From assembly GCA_005239465.1 (NCBI GenBank), contig SPAW01000002.1, forward strand, positions 40,868 through 104,867: a stretch of 64,000 nt of DNA, given 5' to 3'. The notes beneath the pieces were generated by a model, which had not been told where the DNA came from, searched no databases, and was given only the letters and a program-made list of their open reading frames with translations. The translations under genes and the position numbers were made by a program. Below are positions 1 to 9,089 of the stretch, one piece after another. How positions within the stretch are numbered: position 1 is the stretch's first letter; each line of letters starts with the position of its first letter. The stretch comes from Nitrospira sp. GTDB lineage: Bacteria; Nitrospirota; Nitrospiria; Nitrospirales; Nitrospiraceae.

Positions 1-660
1 TGAGTCACCCCCGACGTGGGGCTCCGTTCGTACTAGCCCTCGTTTCGACTCTTTGGGAGCAGAACCAGATTTAGAGGGAGAAGACAGATCCGCAGGCTTC
101 CCACGTTGTCGTGGTATGCGATATCGCTCGTAGTAGCTCAGCACCTTCCGGACATACGACCGAGTTTCACGAATCCGAGGAATCTTGCCCCTCTTCACAC
201 GATGGACCCCGGCGTTGTAGGCAGCGAGCGCCAACGGCACATCGCCCTCGTACAGGTTCAACAGATGACGAAGTTGCCTGGCTCCCCCTCTGATGTTCTG
301 CAGGGGGTCATAGATATCGGCCACTCGCAACGTCGCCGCCGTATCCGGGGTCAACTGCATCAACCCGATGGCCTCCTTCCGCGAAACGGCATCCTGACGA
401 AAATCCGACTCGACTTTGATCACGGCTCGCAGTAAAGCCGGATGGAGACGATAGCGCTTCGCGTAAAACGTGACACTCCGACTGATTTCTTGTTTGGAAT
501 AGCGGGCACGTCCCTCAAAATCGGACTTCGTAGGGATAGGGGTCGCCACGACCATCACGCCTGTAAGAAGCATGGTGATGATGTTGCGCAGGGGAAGAGA
601 GGCAGGGCAGTTCGGCCATGTCAAGCTTAATAGGGCCATGTCGTGACCTGATCGTTCCAT
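1..660 (-). CDS. Lytic transglycosylase (SLT domain); 3' end runs off the left edge
   Basis: Absent from the ORF track because no stop lies in the window. My own translation from ATG at 660-658 gives MERSGHDMALLSLTWPNCPAS..., then AVIKVESDFRQDAVSRKEAIGLMQLTPDTAATL ... LALAAYNAGVHRV, which is the SLT signature (E-S, GLMQ, AYNAG). Confidence 0.8.
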   Translation of the reverse strand, partial: MERSGHDMALLSLTWPNCPASLPLRNIITMLLTGVMVVATPIPTKSDFEGRARYSKQEISRSVTFYAKRYRLHPALLRAVIKVESDFRQDAVSRKEAIGLMQLTPDTAATLRVADIYDPLQNIRGGARQLRHLLNLYEGDVPLALAAYNAGVHRVKRGKIPRIRETRSYVRKVLSYYERYRIPRQRGKPADLSSPSKSGSAPKESKRGLVRTEPHVGGDS

Positions 661-814
661 TTTTTCTTGGAAGGACCCGGGTCACTAGTCTCTTACCTCA
701 AGAGCCATGCCGCCCTCGCAAGTCTTAACCCACTGAGGAATTGAACGAACTTGAGTCTTCTAATGTTCAGGGGGTGCTCTGGGAGGACATTCCGGCCATT
801 TATTGTCAGTTCGG

Positions 815-1165
815 CTACAGGCGACTTGTTAAGTGACCTGTCGCCCGGTGGCTCCAGAGCATCAAGGCCTGCAGCGTCGCAAGCAGCACTGTGACCATGC
901 GGAGGACAAGACAGCCTACGGCGAGTATCCCTGCTGTCGTGGAGTGATAGGCATGAAATATGGCGGATACGGGCTGGTCCGTGAACGGACTGGAATGCGA
1001 GAGCCACCCAAGCGCCAGGCCACCGGCCCCAATCATTGCCCAGAATCGAGGACCGACCACGTCCCGACGTGAGAGGGTAAGTCCAACCCCGATGACCATA
1101 TAGATTGTGACAATGTCCGCAAGAAACCCCATCGACTGACCTTCCAGCGGCCAGTGGAGCCCCAC
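815..1165 (-). CDS. Hypothetical small membrane protein
   Basis: 116-aa ORF with three hydrophobic stretches (FLADIVTIYMVIGVGL, AMIGAGGLALGWL, AGILAVGCLVLRMVTVLLATL). No family recognised, and competing overlapping ORFs exist. Confidence 0.3.
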   Translation of the reverse strand: MGLHWPLEGQSMGFLADIVTIYMVIGVGLTLSRRDVVGPRFWAMIGAGGLALGWLSHSSPFTDQPVSAIFHAYHSTTAGILAVGCLVLRMVTVLLATLQALMLWSHRATGHLTSRL

Positions 1166-1441
1166 GGCTTTACAGCCGTGGTCTCTCTCGTATCTTCGGC
1201 AAAACCCGTCGAAGCATGTCCTCCTTCGCCAAGGCTACGGAGGACACCCGCGGTGCATTCCTCCATGGCTTCATCCACCCTCCGTAGCGGGCTACCGCGG
1301 AGGACGGGCAGCCGTGGCTCCCTGCGTAGGTGGGTGGAAGTCACCACGCAGGATGTGATCGATTGCATGCAGGCCGTTAAGGCCGCGATTGTGCGGATCA
1401 GCACGAGCAGCGGATCGGGTATGGCACGCAACAAGTTGTGT

Positions 1442-2062
1442 CTACGACTTTCCCCACAGCGCCTCCAAGCGCTGCGCACGACCACAGTTGAACTTGTAGT
1501 ACTTATATCTGATGGGATTCTTCTTGTAGAAATCCTGGTGATAATCCTCAGCAGTATAGAACATCGAGGCTTTAACGAGCTGCGTCACAATCGGTTCGGA
1601 AAACCGTTTGGATCGCTCAATCGCGCTCTTGGATTCTTCCGAAAGCCGCTTTTCCTCATCCGTTCCGTAGTAGACCGCTGACCGATATTGACTCCCATGG
1701 TCGCAGAACTGAGCATTCGGTGTCACCGGATCGACGTTGCGCCAAAAGGCTTCGAGCAATTTTTGATAGCTGACCTTCGCCGGATCATAACTCACTTCGA
1801 CAGATTCGGCGTGGCCGGTCTGTCCGGCAGAAACTTGCTCGTAAGTCGGATTGGCCACCGTCCCGCCCATATAGCCGGAGACCACCGCGATGACGCCATC
1901 CACTTTCTCGAAGGCATCTTCCATGCACCAGAAGCAGCCTCCTGCAAAATAGGCCTTGGCCGGCGGCGCCGCTTCAATCGCCACAATGGGGGACCAGACA
2001 GCGATTCCTCCAAGCGCACAAAGACCGACCGCGAGACCCACAAAACGTCGAATTGCAATCAT
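1442..2062 (-). CDS. msrA: Peptide-methionine (S)-S-oxide reductase MsrA, probably exported
   Basis: GGCFWCMEDAFEKVDGV...SGYMGG...NPTYEQV...GHAESVEV is the canonical MsrA GCFWC active-site block. ATG at 2062 gives a signal-like N-terminus MIAIRRFVGLAVGLCALGG. The track ORF extends to 2125. Confidence 0.9.
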   Translation of the reverse strand: MIAIRRFVGLAVGLCALGGIAVWSPIVAIEAAPPAKAYFAGGCFWCMEDAFEKVDGVIAVVSGYMGGTVANPTYEQVSAGQTGHAESVEVSYDPAKVSYQKLLEAFWRNVDPVTPNAQFCDHGSQYRSAVYYGTDEEKRLSEESKSAIERSKRFSEPIVTQLVKASMFYTAEDYHQDFYKKNPIRYKYYKFNCGRAQRLEALWGKS

Positions 2063-2160
2063 GGCTGCGTCCTCCCCATGCAACGTCGCCCGAACGAGAG
2101 ATCTCTTACATCCTACTACGACCATCGCAATCGTTCAGATGCTGTGTAAGAACATGAGTA

Positions 2161-2611
2161 TTGAGTCCGCTCGCGCTTCTTCAAATTCTGATTTTGCTGA
2201 TCTTAACAGGATGCGATCCTTGGACTAGGGGATAATTCCCTCCAGAGGTTGTCATCACCAATGTCACCCCTCTAGATGGTACAGTATTCGAGTAGCGTCT
2301 CAAGGTCGACCTCAGAGTTCGAAACCCCAACGACACCAACCTTATCGTAACAGGGCTCGATTTCCATCTAGACATTAATGGCAAACTCTTGGCGCGGGGG
2401 CTGGATAACAAGGAACTCAGGGTACCCCGTCTCGGAGACTCTCTGACGTCAATTGAAACCAGCACCTCAACCTTTGATGTGGTCCGATCCGTCCTGACCT
2501 TCAGCAAACAAGGAAATCTTTCCTATAGAATTAGGCGGTATGTTTCGCTTAAGAGATGGAGTCAGGAAGGGTATGATTCCGTTCGACAACACCGGAATCC
2601 TCGTCGAGTAG
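2161..2611 (+). pseudogene. Decayed LEA_2 (LEA14/WHy-type) lipoprotein gene: two in-frame stops and one frameshift
   Basis: Own reading. TTG 2161 gives the lipobox signal SPLALLQILILLILTGC. This is followed by PPEVVITNVTPLDGTVFE*RLKVDLRVRNPNDTNLIVTGLDFHLDINGKLLARGLDNKELRVPRLGDSLTSIETSTSTFDVV..QGNLSY. After a 1-nt shift near 2527 it continues ELGGMFRLRDGVRKGMIPFDNTGILVE*. In-frame TAA at 2233-2235 and TAG at 2293-2295. The NPN...GLDF.L.INGK...IPF pattern matches the LEA_2 fold. Confidence 0.5.
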
Positions 2612-2647
2612 GGTAAGCTCTCCGGCCTTCTGAGTCCCTAACTCATC

Positions 2648-3190
2648 TCACATCGAGAGTTCGTCATACTCACTCTTCTCCACAGGCTGCGCACGGCGGC
2701 GGCGTCCTTCCATTTGTTTCATGATGAGCTCAATCGCCTCTTCCGGTGAGGAAGCGGCAGAGACCAGCCGCTTTCCGAGCTTGCGAAAGAACGACAGGTC
2801 CGCAGGGGATGCCTCCACCAGAATGACCGGCTTCCCTGCCTTCACGGCCAGCGCCACTTCGGACACCGTACCCGACCCGCTCAACCCGCAGGCCACGACC
2901 ACGTGACTGGTCAGCACATTGATGTTATTGCGGCCGCTGCCCATTTCCGTAATGATCGGCACATCGACGTGACGCGACACCTTGTCCTTTGCGGTGGGTA
3001 AGACACCGATGGTCAGACTTCCCCCGACCCGCTTGGCGCCTTCGCACGCCGCATCCATGACCCCGACATCACGGCCGCCCGTCAGCACGACCCAGCCGCG
3101 CCGCGCAATGAATTCTCCCAGGATCCGCGCGTTATCGAGATCCTTCTTCTTTGCTTTCGCCGGCCCCATCACTCCCACTACAAATCGCAT
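2648..3190 (-). CDS. TIGR00725-type / LOG-like Rossmann-fold protein
   Basis: VVLTGGRDVGVMDAACEGAKRVGGSLTIGVLP ... ACGLSGSGTVSEVALAVKAGKPVILV. ATG at 3190 is preceded by GGGAGGA. Confidence 0.7.
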   Translation of the reverse strand: MRFVVGVMGPAKAKKKDLDNARILGEFIARRGWVVLTGGRDVGVMDAACEGAKRVGGSLTIGVLPTAKDKVSRHVDVPIITEMGSGRNNINVLTSHVVVACGLSGSGTVSEVALAVKAGKPVILVEASPADLSFFRKLGKRLVSAASSPEEAIELIMKQMEGRRRRAQPVEKSEYDELSM

Positions 3191-3218
3191 CGATCCTCCC
3201 AAAAAGTCGCGCAGTGTT

Positions 3219-4892
3219 TCAGAAACGAGAGGCCGTTAAGGTCACATCCGCATAAGTCCAAGCGGTTATGAATTGCTGCTCCACGGTCTCCGCCTCGCCG
3301 CCTTTCTGCTGAGCGCGGAGGCTCTGCGTCAATCCGAAGAACGCCCAGCCGTTATTGGGATTCTTGGCAAGATCAGCCCGGTACATGGCCTCCGCATCGA
3401 CGGGCTGACCGGCCATCAACAGCGTGGCGCCGAGATAATGACGAACCGGAATCGGCCAGAAGGGAGGTTCGGTGTACGGCAGGGCATCTTCCAACTTGAC
3501 AGCGTCCTTGAACAGCTTGATCGCGTCATCGTATTTCTGTCGACGGGCGGCGATCTCTCCCGCCAACAGACGTTCCGCGATCTTGAGCAACGCCCGTTCC
3601 GTTTTTTCCTCCGACGTCCGATCGCGCCCCAAACGTTTCGCCAGGCTTGCCAGGACGACGTGTTCGCCCTCGGCTCCCGGCAGGCGGCCGGTGGCCGCTA
3701 ACGCCAATCCTCGACCCAGCCGCCACATGCCTTGTTGCAGGCGCAGGGTCTTGAGAGGAGCCGGCTCTCGAAGCAGCTCATCCCATTGTCCAAACCGAAT
3801 CATCGACCAGAGAGGTGTCGGAAGATACAGCTCTTTCCACTTTTCTTTCCGCACCTCCTCTTCGGTGATCGTTCCCGTTAGCTCGCGCGCAACTTTCAAC
3901 GCCTCGGCTCGCCGTCCTTCCATCGCTAATGAGGCCCATAGGAAGTGGAGATTGTGCGTGTAGGAGCCGTCGGCATAGACGCCGTTCAAGTTCCGCCCGG
4001 CCAGATATTCCTGATCGACGTGAGCCGCACGCGCATTGCGTTCGGCCGCCTCATGGTACTGGCCCAGTCGGAAATAGATGTGGGCCGGCATGTGCACCAA
4101 GTGACCGGCGCCCGGCATAAGGGCGGGCAATCGCTCCGCGCAGGGGAGCGCCTGTTCCGGCGCTGGGGAGGCTTCAATTGTATGGATGTAGTAGTGACAG
4201 GCCCCAGGGTGGTCGGGATACCGCGCAAGGATCGATTCCAAGGTGGATACGATCTCCTCAGTACCAGGTTTTGGCCGGCCATCCGCTGTCCACAAGTCCC
4301 AGGGCCGCAAGTCCATCAAGGCCTCGGCGAACAACACACCGGCATCCGGATCATCGGGAAACTGCCGCCACAGCGATCTCATGGCATCCGCATAGGCCTT
4401 GTCGAGTGCTGCGCGCGCGCGACTCTTGGGACTGTACCGCTTGCTCAAGGTCTCGATGTACCCTTGCTCGGCTGCGCTCACATGGGCGCTGTGTGCGCGC
4501 GCTTTTTTCACCGCATCCCAGGCCCGACGCTCACTCTGCTTATCCATCGCCGCATTGATGTTGGGGCCTAGCGCGAGGGCAATGCCCCAATAGGCCATCG
4601 CCGCCGTGGGATCGAGACGGGAGGCTTCTTCAAACGCATGAATGGCCTCTTCATGGTTGAAGGCATAGACCAGTCGCAAGCCCTGATCAAAAAACTGTTG
4701 GGCCTCTTCGGAGGTCGTCGTGATGGCGTTATGCAGCGTGCCGAGATTCTCATAGAGAGGTATCCGACGCGAGTCTGGTTGAGACTCCGCACCGACCTGG
4801 ATCGGTGACAGCACCGTCAGCCATACCACGCTGCACAGGAGAAATTCACGGAGGATACGGTAAGTGGTTGTCGACCGGCGTCCTGCGGACAA
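3219..4892 (-). CDS. Exported TPR-repeat protein (start uncertain, 4892-4982)
   Basis: Long ORF with repeated TPR-like helices (EEAQQFFDQGLRLVYAFNHEEAIHAFEEASRLDP; MAYWGIALALGPN; YHEAAERNARAAHVD; YDDAIKLFKDAVKLED; AEAMYRADLAKNPNNGWAFFGL). TTG at 4892 gives a signal-like SAGRRSTTTYRILREFLLCSVVWLTVLSPIQVGA. Confidence 0.7.
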   Translation of the reverse strand: MSAGRRSTTTYRILREFLLCSVVWLTVLSPIQVGAESQPDSRRIPLYENLGTLHNAITTTSEEAQQFFDQGLRLVYAFNHEEAIHAFEEASRLDPTAAMAYWGIALALGPNINAAMDKQSERRAWDAVKKARAHSAHVSAAEQGYIETLSKRYSPKSRARAALDKAYADAMRSLWRQFPDDPDAGVLFAEALMDLRPWDLWTADGRPKPGTEEIVSTLESILARYPDHPGACHYYIHTIEASPAPEQALPCAERLPALMPGAGHLVHMPAHIYFRLGQYHEAAERNARAAHVDQEYLAGRNLNGVYADGSYTHNLHFLWASLAMEGRRAEALKVARELTGTITEEEVRKEKWKELYLPTPLWSMIRFGQWDELLREPAPLKTLRLQQGMWRLGRGLALAATGRLPGAEGEHVVLASLAKRLGRDRTSEEKTERALLKIAERLLAGEIAARRQKYDDAIKLFKDAVKLEDALPYTEPPFWPIPVRHYLGATLLMAGQPVDAEAMYRADLAKNPNNGWAFFGLTQSLRAQQKGGEAETVEQQFITAWTYADVTLTASRF

Positions 4893-4905
4893 GGACAGGC
4901 GGATA

Positions 4906-5070
4906 CTAGAATGTGTGGTCAATATCGTGATCAATGTTGCGAATAAGCACCGCACGTCCTTCCTTATCCAGGAAGGCTTCAATTCTGTCGCCTATAGAAG
5001 CGGGGAGATCAATCCGCATATTCTCGCCTAACGGAATCTTATACTCAGCGCCGTCGAGGGAACGCAGCAC
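4906..5070 (-). CDS. Small AbrB/MazE/SpoVT-like ORF (54 aa), below track length cut-off
   Basis: Own translation from GTG 5070: VLRSLDGAEYKIPLGENMRIDLPASIGDRIEAFLDKEGRAVLIRNIDHDIDHTF*. The IP..x..L.L..GD.v....dg..vl.r pattern resembles a looped-hinge-helix antitoxin fold. No partner toxin is seen. Confidence 0.3.
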   Translation of the reverse strand: MLRSLDGAEYKIPLGENMRIDLPASIGDRIEAFLDKEGRAVLIRNIDHDIDHTF

Positions 5071-5222
5071 CTAGGCCCCCTCCAGCGCGACGACATACCT
5101 TCTCAAAGACTCGGCGACTCTCGGATGGGCTATTCGTGTTTCACCTTCTGGATATGCTCCAACTGTGCCCGGACGACGCCGAGCCCGAGGGCTTCTTCTG
5201 TTGCGGCTGCGGACAGGCAGTC

Positions 5223-5960
5223 CTACTCAACAAGAAACAACGAGGCTAGACCCAACAGCAGGTTGAGTGACGGATTCTGGACTCCCTTGCGCGGAATTCC
5301 CTTTTCCTTCACGATCGGCTTCTCGTGGACGACGCGATTCTGTTCTGCAGGGGCTGCCACCACAGCGGTCATGGTGGGATCCTGGGTCTGGGTCGATTCC
5401 AGTTCCTTTCCAAAATAGACTAGGACTTGCTGTTGAAACACGATTAAGGATTTGAGTTCCTGGAGTTGCGCCGACAAGTGGGAAATGTCTTTCTGCTGAC
5501 TCAGGATATAGTTTTTCAGTTCGACCAATTCTTCATGCTGAATGGACGGGCCTATAGCTGCAGCCACCGGCGGCGCATCAGCCGGTATCTCAGACAGCGG
5601 GAAAGAGACCGGACGAACCGGTTGCACAGTCACATCCAGATTGGCAATCCATTCGGCCAGTCGGTCATACGAACGGAAACATCTCGAGGCGAGGATTCGA
5701 ATACTGCCGCCGACCCGTTCTGTCATTCGCCCCAGTAAGGAATCTTTCGACGCGGCTCCCCTACTGACGGCCGTATGCGTGATTCGTCCTATTCGCCTCA
5801 GCTGAGCAACACCCTCGGCGACCGCGCGCACGCATGCCGCTCCGGTTTCGACGAGCGTCTGGCTGAACGATTGTTTCGATGGTCGGGCCGCGGATATTTG
5901 TTCCGGCGAGGGAATGCGATGGATCAGATTGATCGGTTCATCGCTAAATCGGCGGGGCAT
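5223..5960 (-). CDS. Hypothetical protein with central coiled-coil-like region and hydrophobic C-terminal tail
   Basis: 245-aa ORF. EELVELKNYILSQQKDISHLSAQLQELKSLIVFQQQ looks like a heptad segment, and the C-terminus is NPSLNLLLGLASLFLVE. No family recognised. Confidence 0.45.
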   Translation of the reverse strand: MPRRFSDEPINLIHRIPSPEQISAARPSKQSFSQTLVETGAACVRAVAEGVAQLRRIGRITHTAVSRGAASKDSLLGRMTERVGGSIRILASRCFRSYDRLAEWIANLDVTVQPVRPVSFPLSEIPADAPPVAAAIGPSIQHEELVELKNYILSQQKDISHLSAQLQELKSLIVFQQQVLVYFGKELESTQTQDPTMTAVVAAPAEQNRVVHEKPIVKEKGIPRKGVQNPSLNLLLGLASLFLVE

Positions 5961-6211
5961 AGCAGACCTCCTCGCGCGGATTATTCATGAATAGTCTACG
6001 CTGAACAGGATGGCGCACCAACCAACTGGCCCGAACGCATGTGGAGCAGTGTCAACGATCCCTGTTGGTGGGATCGACTCGCGCACGTTGCGTTGGAATC
6101 CAGAATGCTCTTTAAAACAAGGTGTTGTCAACTCCTGGCGGAGGGAAGAGTCAACGTTTTTCATCTGAGTCGAGGATCGCGGTAAGGGATCCGGTGCAAC
6201 TTGTGGGATTC

Positions 6212-7555
6212 CTAGAATCGGGTCACGCTCGAAAAATTGAATTGGGGGAGGACCATCGCCGGCACCAGCATCTTGCCGGTCTCCGACGTCACGGCTTCCA
6301 TCGGCGCCGTCCATGCATCGATGTGTCGAAATGCCTGGAGCGGGCTCTCATGGAATCGGAAATTCTTGACCGCCGAGACGATCTCTCCCTTTTCCACAAG
6401 AAACGTCCCATCGCGGGTCATGCCGGTCAGGGTGAGGTCACTGGCGTTGACGGATCGGATGTACCAAAAGTTCGTGACAAGAATGGCGCGTTCTGTGCGC
6501 TTGATGAGATCCTGGACAGTATTAGCGGCGGTACCGTCGGCGGACAAGACAGGAGCCTCCAACGTCGGAATTTCCTTCACCCCGTGGACCTTCGCCATGA
6601 ATCGGTCGTACGCGAGTTGTTTCAAGACCCCGTGGTCGATCCACGACGATGACTCACTCGGTAATCCCTCGTGGGTAAACCCCACCCCGAGTAGATCGGC
6701 ATGACCGGGCACGTTCTGCAACGTCAGCCGTTCGTCCACGATCCGCTGCTCCAGCTTGTTGGCGAAGGGGCTGGTGCCCTTCTCGTAGGATTTGGAGTCG
6801 AGCGACCCCAACAGCCAGGTCCAGAGGCCTGCAACGGCAGCGGGCTCTAGAATGACGGGGTAGCGCCCTGGAGGGAGTTCGCTGAGATCACAGCCGTGCT
6901 TCGCCTTGTTGATGGCCGCCAAGGTCCGCTCTTGAATTTTCAAATGATCGACTGAGCGGTGAGCCGACGCACTCCACCCCGTGGCGTCGCCCGCCTGAAC
7001 CGTGAGACTGAACCGTGCGTCTGCCCGGGCTTCGTAGCCGAAGAGCCCGTTGCAGGCCGCAATCCCCACCGACGACACCGAGGACGAGATGATCCCGGCC
7101 GCCATAAGATTCTCCATGCGGCATTGCCCGATCGCTTCGTTCGCATATTCGAGGCGTCGCATCGGTCCGGCAGCCACCGTCTCCGGCCTTGCGGTTTGAC
7201 GAACGGCAAACGCATGCGGCTCAGGAGGTGGAAGGTATTCCGGATCTTCCGGCGAGACACTGGCGAGACGCTCGGCGCGCGCGAGCGTCTCCTGAATCGA
7301 CCCGGCTGTAAGATCCGTGGTGGTGGCTGTGCCGTGCCGTCCGGCGAACGCGACCGTCACCGCCAGCGTGCCGCGCCGCGCATCGACATTCTGGATCACC
7401 TGATTGTTGGCAAATCTGGTGGTCCCGGAGTGGTGATCGTGGAGGGTCACAATCGTGTCATCGCCGGACGAGCGGGTGAGGATCAGATCGGCGAGGAAGC
7501 GAAACTCTTCACGGCTGGTCATCTTCGGCCAGGGCTTGGCGCTCGCGACGCTCAT
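6212..7555 (-). CDS. pmbA: TldD/PmbA-family metallopeptidase component (PmbA-like)
   Basis: MSVASAKPWPKMTSREEFRFLADLILTRSSGDDTIVTLHDHHSGTTRFANNQVIQN... is a typical PmbA N-terminus. ATG 7555 overlaps the upstream stop as ATGA. The track ORF N-extension overlaps tldD. Confidence 0.85.
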   Translation of the reverse strand: MSVASAKPWPKMTSREEFRFLADLILTRSSGDDTIVTLHDHHSGTTRFANNQVIQNVDARRGTLAVTVAFAGRHGTATTTDLTAGSIQETLARAERLASVSPEDPEYLPPPEPHAFAVRQTARPETVAAGPMRRLEYANEAIGQCRMENLMAAGIISSSVSSVGIAACNGLFGYEARADARFSLTVQAGDATGWSASAHRSVDHLKIQERTLAAINKAKHGCDLSELPPGRYPVILEPAAVAGLWTWLLGSLDSKSYEKGTSPFANKLEQRIVDERLTLQNVPGHADLLGVGFTHEGLPSESSSWIDHGVLKQLAYDRFMAKVHGVKEIPTLEAPVLSADGTAANTVQDLIKRTERAILVTNFWYIRSVNASDLTLTGMTRDGTFLVEKGEIVSAVKNFRFHESPLQAFRHIDAWTAPMEAVTSETGKMLVPAMVLPQFNFSSVTRF

Positions 7556-9012
7556 GATTGGCCCTCCCCTCTGATGACCTGGACACTCCGGAACCGCGCG
7601 GGTGACGCCGCATGGGTCATCCAGCCCGATTGACCAGGCTGCCCCTTGCCACACGTAATAAACCCATACCGGCGGCGGGAGGACCGGTCGGCGACGCCAT
7701 CGCAGCTGTTCCAGAACTCGGGCGTGATCCCGTGGTAGATCACGTTGCGCAGCATGTGGGTGCGCTTGCCGTTCTCGATCAACCAGAACGCATCGCCGCC
7801 GAACTGGAAGTTGTAGCGCCGCTGATCGATGCTGTAAGACCCGTGGCCTTCGATATAGATCCCGCGCTTCACGTCGGCGATGAGCTGTTCGCGCGTCGCC
7901 GAGCCTGGCTCCAGCCCGATGTTGGCGATGCGCACGATCGGAACGCTTGCCCAACTGTCAGCCCGATTGGAGCCACGCGAGCGTGACTCCCCGATTTTCA
8001 ACGCGACTTCGCGGTTCGTGCAGTACCCGACGAAGATGCCGTCACGTACGACATCCCATTTCTGACAGGCCACCCCGTCGTCGTCATAGCCGGTCGCGGC
8101 CAGCGTTTCCGGTTCGGTGTTATCCGCCACGAGAGTCACGTGTGGAGAACCATAGCGAAACGTACCCTGCTTTTCCGGGGTGAGGAAGCTGGTGCCGGCA
8201 TAATTGGCCTCGTACCCGAGCGCGCGGTCCAGTTCGCTCGGATGGCCGCATGACTCGTGCATTGTCAGCGAGAGATGTTCTGGATCGAGGACCAAGTCGT
8301 ACCTCCCGGGATCAACGACGGGCGCGTTCACTTTCTCAACCGCTTCAGTCGCGACCCGCGGAGCCTCCCGCAGCATGTCGGTTTCCTCGATCAGTTCATA
8401 GCCCTTCCGAAGATGCGGCGTGTTGAACGACCGGGTGGCGAATCGCCCGTCGTGCACGGCTGTCGCGCTGAAATCTCCGCTCGAGGCCAGCAGATCGAAC
8501 TCGATGGCTGATCCTTCCGTCGAGACAAAGCGCTTGCGGTCCCGGTGCACCCAAAGGCTGGCGCTGCTCCGTACAATGCCCCGCTGACGATGCAGAGCCT
8601 CCATGGTCTCTAGCAACAGATCGGCCTTTTTTTCTAGCGGCACCGTGAAGGGATTGAGGTGAACGGAGGTCAGGACCCGGTCGTGATGCACCGGCTCCTC
8701 AGCCAATCGGACTTTTTCAACCGCCAGCGAGGCCGACCCTTTCGCAATCTCGACAGCGAGATCGGCCACATGCGGGACTTCTTCGAGCGAAAGAACGGAA
8801 CTGGCCGCGAATCCCCAGGCTCCGTGATAGAGCACGCGCACACCGAACCCCGTGTCCTCGACATCTCGAATCGACGCGATGCGGCAGTCTTCGCCGGTGA
8901 TCGTCTGACTGGAACTGTGAAGGATGCGGATGTCGCCATAGTCCGCACCCGCGCTGCGGATGTGCGCCAACGCAAGTTCGGCAAGTTCAGCCCAGTCTGG
9001 TGTGCTCATCAT
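7552..9012 (-). CDS. tldD: TldD-family metallopeptidase
   Basis: Starts MMSTPDWAELAELALAHIRSAGADYGDIRI..., with GFGVRVLYHGAWGFAAS and the metal motif MHESCGHPSELDR (HExxxH). Start picked at ATGATG 9012. Confidence 0.9.
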   Translation of the reverse strand: MMSTPDWAELAELALAHIRSAGADYGDIRILHSSSQTITGEDCRIASIRDVEDTGFGVRVLYHGAWGFAASSVLSLEEVPHVADLAVEIAKGSASLAVEKVRLAEEPVHHDRVLTSVHLNPFTVPLEKKADLLLETMEALHRQRGIVRSSASLWVHRDRKRFVSTEGSAIEFDLLASSGDFSATAVHDGRFATRSFNTPHLRKGYELIEETDMLREAPRVATEAVEKVNAPVVDPGRYDLVLDPEHLSLTMHESCGHPSELDRALGYEANYAGTSFLTPEKQGTFRYGSPHVTLVADNTEPETLAATGYDDDGVACQKWDVVRDGIFVGYCTNREVALKIGESRSRGSNRADSWASVPIVRIANIGLEPGSATREQLIADVKRGIYIEGHGSYSIDQRRYNFQFGGDAFWLIENGKRTHMLRNVIYHGITPEFWNSCDGVADRSSRRRYGFITCGKGQPGQSGWMTHAASPARFRSVQVIRGEGQS

Positions 9013-9089
9013 CGCAAGACAGATTCGACCGGTGCGGCAGCAACAGTATACCAGGGTGCCGGCGGCTAAGGGCCCAGGCAGAGGAGCAG

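Noticed and set aside
2233-2295. Programmed recoding (readthrough, Sec or Pyl) as an explanation for the in-frame TAA/TAG in the LEA_2 gene
   Set aside because: The stops are of two different types, there is an independent frameshift, and there is no SECIS-like context. Pseudogenisation is simpler.
2300-2340. tRNA-like 3' end (gagttcgaaacccc...cacca)
   Set aside because: No complementary acceptor stem or D/anticodon arms can be drawn in the preceding 75 nt. The stretch is explained as coding sequence (RVRNPNDT) of the LEA_2 pseudogene.
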